A stretch of 64,000 nt of DNA from Candidatus Parcubacteria bacterium (GCA_037076615.1 AP029158.1:527717-591716); one strand, 5' to 3'. Positions 9,627 through 18,369 are shown, numbered from the stretch's first letter. A program made the numbers and translations. The notes: a model not told the origin generated them from the sequence alone.

Positions 9627-10484
9627 CTAGTCATTTAATTTATTTAAAGTCGGCAATTTCACGCCCACTAAAAACCAAGCCGCGCGTAAAATTCGCGCTT
9701 GCCAGCGCGGCTGCCACTTCAAAAAATACTTCAACATCGACTCGGCAAAATAGGCTTGTTTTTTAGGACGATCCACCTGATTAAAACTGGCACCGACATA
9801 ATCTACGAGGGTCGCAGCCGGAGAGTACCAAATCTCACCACCACTAGTTTTTACTTGTCGGCAAAGATCAACCTCTTCAAACCAGATAAAATAACGTTCA
9901 TCTAAATAGGGTTTGTCCGCACCGGAAATCTTGGTCCACGACTGACGATTGATTAAAAAACAAGCGCCCCGCACCGAATCAACAGCGGCCGCTTGTTCAT
10001 AGTTAAAGTTTTTCTCTAAATAGCGATTTAAGAGCGCCGGCAAAAGATGCGGGAGTTTTAAAACAATAAACAATTGATCACAAAAATGAGGAAAACGTCT
10101 AATTTGTGGGATTATTTGGCCGTTTAGATTAGTTAATTTGTAGCCACTCACCGTCGCCTGCTGATTTTCTTCCGCCCAAGCCAACATCTTTTCTAAAGCA
10201 TCAGACCCAACTAACATGTCAGGATTAAGAAGCAGTAAGTAGCGACCGGAAGCCAACTTGAGTGCCTGGTTATTGGCCTTGGCAAAGCCCCGGTTATCAG
10301 TATTGGCAATCAGTTTGACGCTCGGGAATTCGGCGGCGACCATCGCCGCACTACCATCTTGAGAATTATTATCCACCACAAAAATTTCAGTTTGATATTT
10401 GGTCTGCGACTCTAAAAGCGCCTGCAAGTTAGCACGCAGTTTATCTTTGACATTCCAAGAAACAATAATGATTGATAAATCCAT
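9627..10484 (-). CDS. Glycosyltransferase family 2
   Basis: 285 aa. MDLSIIIVSWNV...VVDNNSQDGS...FEEVDLC motifs. Confidence 0.85.
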   Translation of the reverse strand: MDLSIIIVSWNVKDKLRANLQALLESQTKYQTEIFVVDNNSQDGSAAMVAAEFPSVKLIANTDNRGFAKANNQALKLASGRYLLLLNPDMLVGSDALEKMLAWAEENQQATVSGYKLTNLNGQIIPQIRRFPHFCDQLFIVLKLPHLLPALLNRYLEKNFNYEQAAAVDSVRGACFLINRQSWTKISGADKPYLDERYFIWFEEVDLCRQVKTSGGEIWYSPAATLVDYVGASFNQVDRPKKQAYFAESMLKYFLKWQPRWQARILRAAWFLVGVKLPTLNKLND

Positions 10485-10485
10485 A

Positions 10486-10752
10486 TTACTTACTTAAGCG
10501 AACTAACTTGCGGCGGCTGGTCGCTCCGGAAACTATTTTGACTTGGACTGGAGGCACCTTAAACTCCGCCGCCAAAAATTTTATCAGAGCTTGATTGGCA
10601 GCACCATCTTCGGGGACCGCTTTTACGGCCAACTTCCAAGAGCCGTCAGCTAAAGAATTGAGCCATTTATTTTCCGGCCGCCGGGGGCTGAGGCGTAAAT
10701 CTAGGGTGAGCTCGCCATCCTGAACTAATTGTTGGCGTAAAGATTCAATCAT
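10486..10752 (-). CDS. DUF167/YggU family protein
   Basis: 88 aa. VKAVPEDGAANQALIKFLAAEFKVPPVQVKIVSGATSRRKLVRL matches the YggU pattern. Confidence 0.8.
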   Translation of the reverse strand: MIESLRQQLVQDGELTLDLRLSPRRPENKWLNSLADGSWKLAVKAVPEDGAANQALIKFLAAEFKVPPVQVKIVSGATSRRKLVRLSK

Positions 10753-10818
10753 TTTTAGGGCTAAGAATTAAGAAAAACAGCCTAATTTGACGGTTTTTAA
10801 TCATTTTAGGCTAACTTT

Positions 10819-10847
10819 AGTGTAGCGTTTTTTAAAGATAAAATCAA
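10819..10847 (-). promoter_or_regulatory. sigma70-type promoter for the DUF167-GT2x3-galU operon
   Basis: On the minus strand: TTGATT, 17-nt spacer, TACACT. The leader contains an AGCCTAA/TTAGGCT hairpin followed by GTTTTT. Confidence 0.45.
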
Positions 10848-10858
10848 TCCACTTTTAT

Positions 10859-10886
10859 TTGAAAATAATCGAAAATAACCTATACT
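10859..10886 (+). promoter_or_regulatory. sigma70-type promoter for dCMP deaminase
   Basis: TTGAAA, 16-nt spacer, TATACT. Confidence 0.5.
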
Positions 10887-10911
10887 TAAAGAAATAATTA
10901 TAAAAAATCTT

Positions 10912-11391
10912 ATGTCTGAAAACACCGCCCGCCCTTCGTGGGATGAGTACTTTAGTCAGTTAGCAATCATGGTTGGCCAGCGCGGCACCTGCGATCGTGG
11001 TTATTGCGGCGCCATAATCACCAAAGATCGCCGCATTGTTTCTACTGGTTACGCCGGCTCGCCGGTTGGTTGCCAGCATTGCGATGAAATTGGTCACGAA
11101 ATGCATACTATTATTCACGAAGATAATTCTCAGAGTAACCACTGTATCAGAACAGCCCATGCTGAGCAGAATGCTATTTGCCAAGCCGCTCGTTTTGGCA
11201 TTGCTTTAGAAGGCGGGACTATTTACGTAAAAATGGCCCCTTGCTATACCTGCGCAAAAATGATTATTAATGCCGGCATTAAAAGAGTGGTTTGCAATCA
11301 AGACTATCACGCCTCCAAACGCAGTAAAGAAATTTTTAAAGAGGCCGGGATAGAGTTTGTTTTATTAGATGATACGATTGCGTCTTATTAA
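10912..11391 (+). CDS. comEB: dCMP deaminase (ComEB family)
   Basis: 159 aa. WDEYF...RGTC, the HAEQNAI zinc motif and PCYTCAKMIINAG (PCxxC). Confidence 0.9.
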   Translation: MSENTARPSWDEYFSQLAIMVGQRGTCDRGYCGAIITKDRRIVSTGYAGSPVGCQHCDEIGHEMHTIIHEDNSQSNHCIRTAHAEQNAICQAARFGIALEGGTIYVKMAPCYTCAKMIINAGIKRVVCNQDYHASKRSKEIFKEAGIEFVLLDDTIASY

Positions 11392-11392
11392 T

Positions 11393-11420
11393 TTGACTAT
11401 TAACCCAAATGTTGTAGAGT
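11393..11420 (+). promoter_or_regulatory. sigma70-type promoter for thyA
   Basis: TTGACT, 16-nt spacer, TAGAGT. Confidence 0.5.
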
Positions 11421-11462
11421 GATAATAGTTATTTAAAAACATTAATCACTAAAAATAGGGGT

Positions 11463-12257
11463 ATGAAAAATTATTTAGAGATGTTAAACCACATCATGGA
11501 AAATGGTGTAGATAAGGGTGACCGGACCGGCACCGGGACGCGCAGCGTTTTTGGTTATCAATTGCGTTTTAACCTGGCCGATGGTTTTCCGCTCTTAACA
11601 ACGAAAAAAGTTCATTTGCGATCAATTATCCATGAGTTGCTCTGGTTCTTGCAAGGCAGCACTAACATTAAGTATTTAGTGGATAATGGCGTCAGTATTT
11701 GGAATGAGTGGGCCGATGAGAATGGAGAGCTGGGACCGGTTTATGGGAGCCAATGGCGCTCCTGGCCAACCCCGGATGGCGAAAAGATTGATCAAATTGC
11801 CAATGTGGTCAACACCATCAAGAATAACCCGAATTCGCGCCGGATTATTGTCTCGGCCTGGAATGTCGCGGAAGTTGATAAGATGGCCTTGCCGCCATGC
11901 CACTGTTTATTCCAACTTTATGTGGCCAATAGGAAACTGTCTTGTCAGCTTTACCAAAGAAGTTGTGACACCTTCTTGGGAGTTCCCTTTAATATCGCCT
12001 CTTATGCTCTGCTCACAATGATGATAGCCCAAGTTTGTGATTTAGAACCAGGTGAGTTTGTCCATACGTTTGGCGATTTGCATATTTACAAAAATCATTT
12101 TGATCAAGTAAAAGAGCAGCTAAGCCGCGAACCGCGCGCTTTGCCAAAAATGAAAATCAATCCGGCGGTCAAAGATATCTTTGGCTTTAAGTATGAGGAC
12201 TTTGAGCTGGTGGGTTACAATCCGCACCCGAGCATCAAAGCGCCAATTGCCGTTTAA
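11463..12257 (+). CDS. thyA: Thymidylate synthase (ThyA type)
   Basis: 264 aa. DRTGTGT, the LPPCH active-site Cys region, and the ...[11 protein letters not shown]-terminus. Confidence 0.96.
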   Translation: MKNYLEMLNHIMENGVDKGDRTGTGTRSVFGYQLRFNLADGFPLLTTKKVHLRSIIHELLWFLQGSTNIKYLVDNGVSIWNEWADENGELGPVYGSQWRSWPTPDGEKIDQIANVVNTIKNNPNSRRIIVSAWNVAEVDKMALPPCHCLFQLYVANRKLSCQLYQRSCDTFLGVPFNIASYALLTMMIAQVCDLEPGEFVHTFGDLHIYKNHFDQVKEQLSREPRALPKMKINPAVKDIFGFKYEDFELVGYNPHPSIKAPIAV

Positions 12258-12263
12258 AAATTT

Positions 12264-12296
12264 AGCCCGCCTCGCCAATAGCGACCGGGCTTTTTT
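12264..12296 (+). terminator. Intrinsic terminator/attenuator after thyA
   Basis: AGCCCG...CGGGCT stem with a 15-nt loop followed by TTTTTT, 12 nt before the next ATG. Confidence 0.55.
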
Positions 12297-12307
12297 ATAA
12301 AAATATT

Positions 12308-12811
12308 ATGATTCCCGTTACCCTAATGATGGCGATCTCCGCGGACGGAAGAATCGCTAAAGATAGCAAACAGCTAGCCGACTGGACTAGCCCAGAGGAT
12401 AAAAAGTTATTTGTCTCCGAATCAGAAAAACACGGCGTAATTTTGATGGGCGAAAATACTTTTAAGACCTTGCCAAAAGCCTTACCTCGCCGTTTAAATG
12501 TGGTTTTTTCTGAAAACGAAAACCCTGGACAAGATGGAGTCCGTTTTGTCAGCAGCGAACCAGAAATCGTTTTAGCGGATTTAGAAGCTGGGGGCTACCA
12601 CTCGGCTCTCTTAGGTGGCGGCTGTTATCTAAACTCCCAATTTTTAAAAAGAAAACTGATCAGCGAAATAGTGCTAACAGTTGAACCTTGTTTATTCGGC
12701 AGCGGCCTGCCTCTATTTGATGTGGACTTCCCCCTAAAACTAAATTTATTAGAGTTAAAAAAAATTAATGAGCACGCGTTTGTCGTTCGCTACCGTGTTT
12801 GTTACGATTAA
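12308..12811 (+). CDS. Dihydrofolate-reductase-like protein (RibD C-terminal domain family)
   Basis: 167 aa. AISADGRIA, ILMGENTFKTLPKALPRRLNVVFS and LTVEPCLFGSGLPLF fit the RibD_C/DHFR-like fold rather than canonical FolA. It occupies the FolA position next to thyA. Confidence 0.7.
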   Translation: MIPVTLMMAISADGRIAKDSKQLADWTSPEDKKLFVSESEKHGVILMGENTFKTLPKALPRRLNVVFSENENPGQDGVRFVSSEPEIVLADLEAGGYHSALLGGGCYLNSQFLKRKLISEIVLTVEPCLFGSGLPLFDVDFPLKLNLLELKKINEHAFVVRYRVCYD

Positions 12812-12819
12812 TTAAATTT

Positions 12820-13392
12820 ATGGCGAAATTAATTATTGGCTTGAGCGGCCAAATTGCCAGCGGTAAAGAAGTAGTTAAAAAATATTTAGAAGGCCGTTGC
12901 GGCGGGGTTAGTTTTAAATTTTCTGATATTTTGAGAAATATTTTAAGTGATCTTGAGATTCCTGCTGAGCGCGACAACATTATTAAATTGTCGACTTTTT
13001 TAAGACAAGCTTATGGCGAGGATTTGCTCGCCAAGGCGTTAACAAAAAAAGTTTCTGAGGCTGAAGATGATTTGGTGATTGTTGATGGCATCCGCCGTTT
13101 AGCAGATATTGAATATTTAAAAGATTTAAGCAATTTCCATCTTATTGCTATCACTGCTGATCTAGAAATTCGTTATCAAAGAGTTTTATCGCGCAACGAA
13201 AACCCCGGCGATGCCGAAAAAACTTGGGAAGATTTTTTGGCTGACGAAGCTAAAGAGACGGAAGTGAGTATTGCCTCCGTTGTCGCCAAAGCCGACTATG
13301 TACTAGAAAATAACGGTACTTTAGAAGAGCTTAAAGAACAAATTGACAAAACTTTAACTCTCATCCAAAATGAGCAGAAGGATAAAAATTAA
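12820..13392 (+). CDS. P-loop nucleotide kinase, CoaE/dNMP-kinase-like
   Basis: The ATG at 12820 is preferred to the TTG at 12799, which overlaps the upstream gene. P-loop GLSGQIASGKE; about 190 aa; substrate cannot be told from sequence. Confidence 0.6.
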   Translation: MAKLIIGLSGQIASGKEVVKKYLEGRCGGVSFKFSDILRNILSDLEIPAERDNIIKLSTFLRQAYGEDLLAKALTKKVSEAEDDLVIVDGIRRLADIEYLKDLSNFHLIAITADLEIRYQRVLSRNENPGDAEKTWEDFLADEAKETEVSIASVVAKADYVLENNGTLEELKEQIDKTLTLIQNEQKDKN

Positions 13393-13401
13393 TTTTTAAC
13401 T

Positions 13402-14664
13402 ATGGCCAACTACTCAGGAAAATTAATTGTCATTGATGGAACCGATGGCTCTGGGAAAACAACCCAATTAAACTTGCTCGCCGAGCGCTTAAAGCAAGAG
13501 GGTTTTCTGGTGGAGATTGCTGATTTTCCGCAATACAACACGAAGTCAGCGGGCCCAGTTGAAGAGTATTTATCCGGTAAATATGGCGGCCCGGGAGAAG
13601 TTACTCCTTACCAAGCCTCAATTTTTTACGCCGTTGACCGTTTTGATGCCAATTTTAAAATTAAAAAATGGTTACAAGCCGGAAAAATTGTCTTATCTAA
13701 CCGCTACGTCTCCGCCAACATGGGGCACCAAGGCGCGAAAATAAGCAATTCGCTGGAGCGCAAGGTATTTTTTAACTGGCTTAATAATTTAGAATATAAA
13801 TTATTTAATATTTCCCAACCTGATTTATCATTAATTCTTCACGTTCCGGCAGCAGTGTCTTTTGAGCTAGCAAAATCTAGAGCGCGTGAAGATTGGGTGG
13901 GCAAAACCAAAGATATTCATGAAAATGATATCAATCATCTCCGTTCGGCCGAAGAAGTCTATTTAGAAATTGCCAAGACTATCCCGGGCTTTACTTTAAT
14001 TGAGTGCGCCGCTGGCAATAATATTTTAGCTCGGGAAGAAATTAGTGAATTGATTTGGTTGCAAGTCCGCCGTTTACTAAACGGCAGCCTAAGTAAAAAG
14101 GAGAGCAGCTTTAAAGCGGTTGGCGAAATTATTAGTAAAAATAAACAGATTCAAAGCCATAAAGATTTTTTCTTTAAAAAAGAAGAAACCGTCGCACCAA
14201 TAGCAGAAACGGAGACAGAAAAACCGGTAATCGCGGAATTAGCGGTATTAAAAGTAGAGCGCTTAAGCGGCGAAGCAAAGTTGCCGACCAAGGCTTACGC
14301 TCATGACGCCGGTTTGGATTTATACGCCGCCGAAACTGTCTCTATTGCCCCCTACGGTCAAGCGGCCGTCAAAACCGGAATCAGAGTCGCTATTCCCGAA
14401 AACCAAGTGGGGCTGATTTGGGATAAAAGTGGCGTGGCAAAAAATGGTTTAAGCACTTTAGGCGGAGTAATTGATGCCGGCTATCGCGGGGAAATTTTAG
14501 TTTTACTTAAAAATTTAGGTGAAGATATTTATCATATTTTACCGGGGCAGAAAATTGCTCAATTAATTATTCAACCGCTCACGACTTTTAAGCTAGAAGA
14601 GGGGCCGGTATCGCAAGGGACGGACCGCGGCCAAGGCGGCTTTGGTAGCAGTGGCCAGTTTTAA
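13402..14664 (+). CDS. tmk-dut: Thymidylate kinase fused to dUTP diphosphatase (Tmk::Dut)
   Basis: 420 aa. The N-terminal part (LIVIDGTDGSGKTTQ, ...DRFD..., about 215 aa) is Tmk. The C-terminal roughly 140 aa carry dUTPase motifs AGLDLYA, GVIDAGYRGEI and RGQGGFGSSG. Confidence 0.88.
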   Translation: MANYSGKLIVIDGTDGSGKTTQLNLLAERLKQEGFLVEIADFPQYNTKSAGPVEEYLSGKYGGPGEVTPYQASIFYAVDRFDANFKIKKWLQAGKIVLSNRYVSANMGHQGAKISNSLERKVFFNWLNNLEYKLFNISQPDLSLILHVPAAVSFELAKSRAREDWVGKTKDIHENDINHLRSAEEVYLEIAKTIPGFTLIECAAGNNILAREEISELIWLQVRRLLNGSLSKKESSFKAVGEIISKNKQIQSHKDFFFKKEETVAPIAETETEKPVIAELAVLKVERLSGEAKLPTKAYAHDAGLDLYAAETVSIAPYGQAAVKTGIRVAIPENQVGLIWDKSGVAKNGLSTLGGVIDAGYRGEILVLLKNLGEDIYHILPGQKIAQLIIQPLTTFKLEEGPVSQGTDRGQGGFGSSGQF

Positions 14665-14667
14665 CTA

Positions 14668-14696
14668 TTGACATTATTTTACTTTTATACTAGAAT
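14668..14696 (+). promoter_or_regulatory. sigma70-type promoter for the 115-aa orphan gene
   Basis: TTGACA, 17-nt spacer, TAGAAT. Confidence 0.6.
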
Positions 14697-14737
14697 AAAG
14701 CTCCAATAAGCGCACATTAACAATAAAATATTAAAAA

Positions 14738-15085
14738 ATGAGAGAAATCAGTCACAACCAACGAGAAGTTGGGATTTTGTTGTTGGAGTTTTTAAAAAAC
14801 CGACACAATATCAAACCCCAACAAAGAAACATCTTTGGGACGAGTGGTTTTTTCCATCAGACAACTTTAGTGTCAATCGGAAAAAAATTTTTACTACCAT
14901 TGAACCGGGATGATGACCAGGAGATAGAATTAAAGAAGTTAATTGAAAAAGACTTCTTTAATGATGGCGGCATCAAACGTTTTGAAAATTACCGACAAAC
15001 CCTGCAGCTAGAAAAGAGGAATGGTTTTCAAAATCTAGCATTACTGTTTTTAAATCTCCAAAAAAAACAACAAAACCTAAACTGA
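14738..15085 (+). CDS. Hypothetical protein (115 aa)
   Basis: ATG-initiated ORF bracketed by its own consensus promoter and a hairpin terminator. No recognisable motif. Confidence 0.55.
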   Translation: MREISHNQREVGILLLEFLKNRHNIKPQQRNIFGTSGFFHQTTLVSIGKKFLLPLNRDDDQEIELKKLIEKDFFNDGGIKRFENYRQTLQLEKRNGFQNLALLFLNLQKKQQNLN

Positions 15086-15094
15086 AAAACAAAA

Positions 15095-15130
15095 AAAGAG
15101 GGCCTCAGAAAAAATCTGCTGGCCCTTTTA
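15095..15130. terminator. Bidirectional hairpin terminator between convergent orphan genes
   Basis: AAGAGGGCC...GGCCCTTTT stem (9 bp including G-U) with a flanking A-run and T-run. Confidence 0.55.
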
Positions 15131-15147
15131 ATTTAGGAAAGATATCT

Positions 15148-16047
15148 TTAAAGATTGAGCTCCGCTGACGACCCATGATTATTCATAAAGTTTCCCGCGC
15201 GTCCGGTCGCCGGAAGATAATCGGAAAAACCAGCCCCCAAAGCGTCAAGAATCTCTTTTTGCTTGCCGCCGGGTTGGTCAAAATCATAAATACTAATTTT
15301 ATCACTAATGGGCTGGCTAGTACCGCTAGCCCTTAAACGGCCAAAGCAATCTAAAGCGCCATATTTTGAATTGGCCACTTGATCAGCCGGGAGGCGAAAA
15401 GCGTAAAGATAGCGCGCTCCAGGTGCTTTAAATAATCTTTTGATATCGGTACTAAAATAGACATCCCCTTTTAGACCTTCTTTAAAATCAATATCAGCCG
15501 GACTGGTATGATAAACAATCACCGAGCCACCAAGGCGCCGAACCAAAAGATTTTTAGCTACTTCCAAGGTAAGGTTATTGCGACGGGCAAAAACAAATTC
15601 CCGGGTATCTTTATCTAAATTTTTTAAAATATCACCTAAATCTTCAACATCTACTTTTCCTATAACCAGGTTTTCATCATAAAGTTTAGTGGTCTGAATC
15701 TCGTTAACCCGCTTGAGAGGGTCTAGACGAAACTCTTCTCTTTCGTCTTCGGGTAAATTTTTATTTTTCTCTTCATTCTTGATTAAGGACTTAAAAATAT
15801 CGGTCGAGGGGCCGCCGGCAGTTCGCTCAACTAAGCGGCTAAAATTAGCTAACTCCTCCGCTCCACCCCGGCTATTTTTCTTTTTTTGTACCCAATGATC
15901 AAAAGCATCGCGACTGGCAAAAGAAGGGGCGGCGTCAATTTCTTCGCGCGTCGGCAAATCAAGGCGGTTTTCTTGAGACTCCACTTCTTTCGCTGCGGCC
16001 CCCCTCTCCTCAGCTTTAAAATTGGTAAATTTTTGTTCAAAATTCAT
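15148..16047 (-). CDS. Hypothetical cytosolic protein (299 aa)
   Basis: Start moved to the ATG at 16047 (MNFEQKF...) because a promoter lies inside the longer track ORF. Charged N-terminal half; C-terminal domain contains VIVYHTS...DVYFSTD. No confident family assignment. Confidence 0.6.
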   Translation of the reverse strand: MNFEQKFTNFKAEERGAAAKEVESQENRLDLPTREEIDAAPSFASRDAFDHWVQKKKNSRGGAEELANFSRLVERTAGGPSTDIFKSLIKNEEKNKNLPEDEREEFRLDPLKRVNEIQTTKLYDENLVIGKVDVEDLGDILKNLDKDTREFVFARRNNLTLEVAKNLLVRRLGGSVIVYHTSPADIDFKEGLKGDVYFSTDIKRLFKAPGARYLYAFRLPADQVANSKYGALDCFGRLRASGTSQPISDKISIYDFDQPGGKQKEILDALGAGFSDYLPATGRAGNFMNNHGSSAELNL

Positions 16048-16072
16048 AAAGATTTTTATTTCTATAAGCTTG

Positions 16073-16101
16073 ATAATAATACAAAATAGCCTAAAAGTCA
16101 A
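16073..16101 (-). promoter_or_regulatory. sigma70-type promoter for the 299-aa orphan gene
   Basis: On the minus strand: TTGACT, 17-nt spacer, TATTAT. Confidence 0.5.
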
Positions 16102-16155
16102 AAGAAGAACTTTTTAACTTCCCTTACCGTCTTTTTTTCGCTAAACTGCTAGTAT

Positions 16156-17655
16156 ATGAACTATGACGTTATTATCGGCCTCGAAATTCATGCCGAATTG
16201 CTCACCAAAAGTAAGATGTTTTGTGCTTGTGATAATGATGCTACCCTAAAAGCGCCAAATAAGACCGTTTGCCCCATCTGTTTAGCTCACCCGGGCACCC
16301 TGCCACAACCGAATAAGCGGGCCATTGAATTGGTAATTTTAGCCGGTTTGGCCACCGGTTGTGAAATTAGCACTTACTCCAAATTTGATCGGAAAAATTA
16401 TTTCTATCCCGATTTACCCAAAGGTTACCAGATATCTCAGTATGACCAACCCTTATGTCGTAACGGTCGTTTAGAAACAGCCGCGGGGCCAGTGGCGATT
16501 ACGCGCCTTCATCTTGAAGAAGATACCGGTAAGTCCAGCCACCCGGCGGGTAAGGATTATTCTTTATTAGATTTTAATCGCGCTGGAACCCCGCTCTTGG
16601 AATTAGTCAGCGAACCCGTGATTAGAAGTGCCGAGCAAGCAAAAGATTTTTGTCAGCGCTTTCAGCAACTGCTGCGCTACTTAAAAATTTCTCAAGCGGA
16701 TATGGAAAAAGGTCAGATGCGCTGCGAGGCCAACATTAGTTTACAAGAACCGGGGACTTGGGAATATCAAGGTGGGGCGATAATTTCTTTAACTAAAAAG
16801 AAAAAACTAAACCCAAAAGTTGAAGTTAAAAATATCAATTCTTTTAAGGCGGTTGAGAAAGCGATTAACTACGAAATTGAGCGCCAAGAAAAATTATTGG
16901 CCAAGGGAGAGGAAATTAAAGCGGAGACGCGCGGTTGGGATGACAAAAAGAATCAAACCAAGTCGCAACGGTTAAAAGAAAGTGCCGCGGATTATCGCTA
17001 CTTCCCCGAACCCGATATTCCACCGTTAGAAATTAGTCCTGAGTGGATTAAAAAAATTGCTCAAGAAATTGGCGAATTACCGGAAGAAAGAATTAACCGT
17101 TTTATTAAACAATACGGCTGGCGCCGCGATCAAGCCGAACTAATTGCCGCCGACGAAGACTTGTCCGATTTTACCGAGCAAGCAATCTCGGAGGCCGAAG
17201 CTTGGCTAGTCGCCCATCAAGACAGCAGTAATCGCGCTGACAAAAAGCTAGCGGGAGCCGTTGTTAATTGGGTGAGCAGCGAATTGCTCAAATTCTTGCG
17301 CGCCGATAATAAAAAAGTGTCTGAGCTGTTAATTACTCCGGAGAATTTTGGCCAGCTCGTTTGCCTAATCCAGCAAGGAAAAATTAATTCCTCAACGGGT
17401 CAGAAAATCTTAGAAAAAATGTATCAGCAAGGCGGCGATCCGGTCCAAATCATGACTGATTTAGGTTTAGAACAAGTTGATGACGAAGCCCTCATTAAAG
17501 AAACGATTGCTAAAGTTTTAAATGATTATCCGGAACAGGTGGCTGATTATAAAAACGGTAAAACTGCCCTCCTCCAGTTTTTTATCGGCAAGGTCATGGC
17601 GGAAACGCGTGGCCGCGCCAATCCGGAAAAAGTAAAAGCGTTATTGGAGAAGTAG
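16156..17655 (+). CDS. gatB: Asp/Glu-tRNA(Asn/Gln) amidotransferase subunit B
   Basis: 499 aa. YDVIIGLEIHAEL, ITRLHLEEDTGK, and a C-terminal GatB/YqeY domain. Confidence 0.95.
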   Translation: MNYDVIIGLEIHAELLTKSKMFCACDNDATLKAPNKTVCPICLAHPGTLPQPNKRAIELVILAGLATGCEISTYSKFDRKNYFYPDLPKGYQISQYDQPLCRNGRLETAAGPVAITRLHLEEDTGKSSHPAGKDYSLLDFNRAGTPLLELVSEPVIRSAEQAKDFCQRFQQLLRYLKISQADMEKGQMRCEANISLQEPGTWEYQGGAIISLTKKKKLNPKVEVKNINSFKAVEKAINYEIERQEKLLAKGEEIKAETRGWDDKKNQTKSQRLKESAADYRYFPEPDIPPLEISPEWIKKIAQEIGELPEERINRFIKQYGWRRDQAELIAADEDLSDFTEQAISEAEAWLVAHQDSSNRADKKLAGAVVNWVSSELLKFLRADNKKVSELLITPENFGQLVCLIQQGKINSSTGQKILEKMYQQGGDPVQIMTDLGLEQVDDEALIKETIAKVLNDYPEQVADYKNGKTALLQFFIGKVMAETRGRANPEKVKALLEK

Positions 17656-17662
17656 ATAAGCG

Positions 17663-17690
17663 AAAAGCCATTCTTGCGAATGGCTTTTTT
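17663..17690. terminator. Intrinsic terminator after gatB
   Basis: GCCATTC-TTGC-GAATGGC hairpin with an A-run before and a T-run after. Confidence 0.75.
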
Positions 17691-17707
17691 GTTTCTTTTA
17701 ATCAGGC

Positions 17708-18238
17708 TTAAACCCGAGTTTCCTCCTGTAATTCAGTTTTCCAATCCCAGCCATTTTGGCTGTATTCGTGTGATTGCGGCTGTCTAAAAACATAGCCGAA
17801 GCAACTTTCTCTTAAATAATCGGGGACATCATCAATTGTCCGGAAGTGACCATCGCCAAAGATGGCTAAAGATGGTTTTCCGGGGATGATTACTCTTTGA
17901 AGATTCAGGCGATTAAGCCAATAAAGAGTAAGCTCTTCCCTAAGTAAACAAGCAAATTCTAAATTCACCGGCAGTAAATGAAAAGAAAGGGCCTCTGCCA
18001 AAAGCTCGTCTTCAGTTAAGGCTAAAGCTTTTGTCAGAGTTTTTTTTAGAATCACGAGATTCAATTTTTGTCCTTTGGTAATTTCAAACTTTGGTGACTT
18101 TAAAAGATGTTGAACTTCAATACTTAAAATTTTACCTTGACCTTCCAATCTATCAACCCATTGTTCGCCAGTGGTGCCATCGGAAGCCAAGCTAAGATAA
18201 ACCGCATGGTTTTTTTCTAGGAATTTTCCATTGGCCAT
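17708..18238 (-). CDS. Hypothetical protein (176 aa)
   Basis: ATG-initiated ORF with its own upstream promoter and long leader. No recognisable motif. Confidence 0.55.
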   Translation of the reverse strand: MANGKFLEKNHAVYLSLASDGTTGEQWVDRLEGQGKILSIEVQHLLKSPKFEITKGQKLNLVILKKTLTKALALTEDELLAEALSFHLLPVNLEFACLLREELTLYWLNRLNLQRVIIPGKPSLAIFGDGHFRTIDDVPDYLRESCFGYVFRQPQSHEYSQNGWDWKTELQEETRV

Positions 18239-18289
18239 TTGTTATCTTTTTTAAAATTACTCTTTCCGAGTCGGAACTGCACTCTCGTA

Positions 18290-18336
18290 GTCGCAGCTAA
18301 AAAACGACTAGCGCTTAATCATTTTTTAGTTGCGAC
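18290..18336 (-). promoter_or_regulatory. 15-bp leader hairpin in the 5' UTR of the 176-aa gene
   Basis: GTCGCAGCTAAAAAA (18290-18304) pairs with TTTTTTAGTTGCGAC (18322-18336) with one G-U pair and a 17-nt loop. It lies between the predicted TSS and the ATG. Confidence 0.5.
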
Positions 18337-18369
18337 CACCTTATTTTTGTTAAAGATCTAAGGATTATC

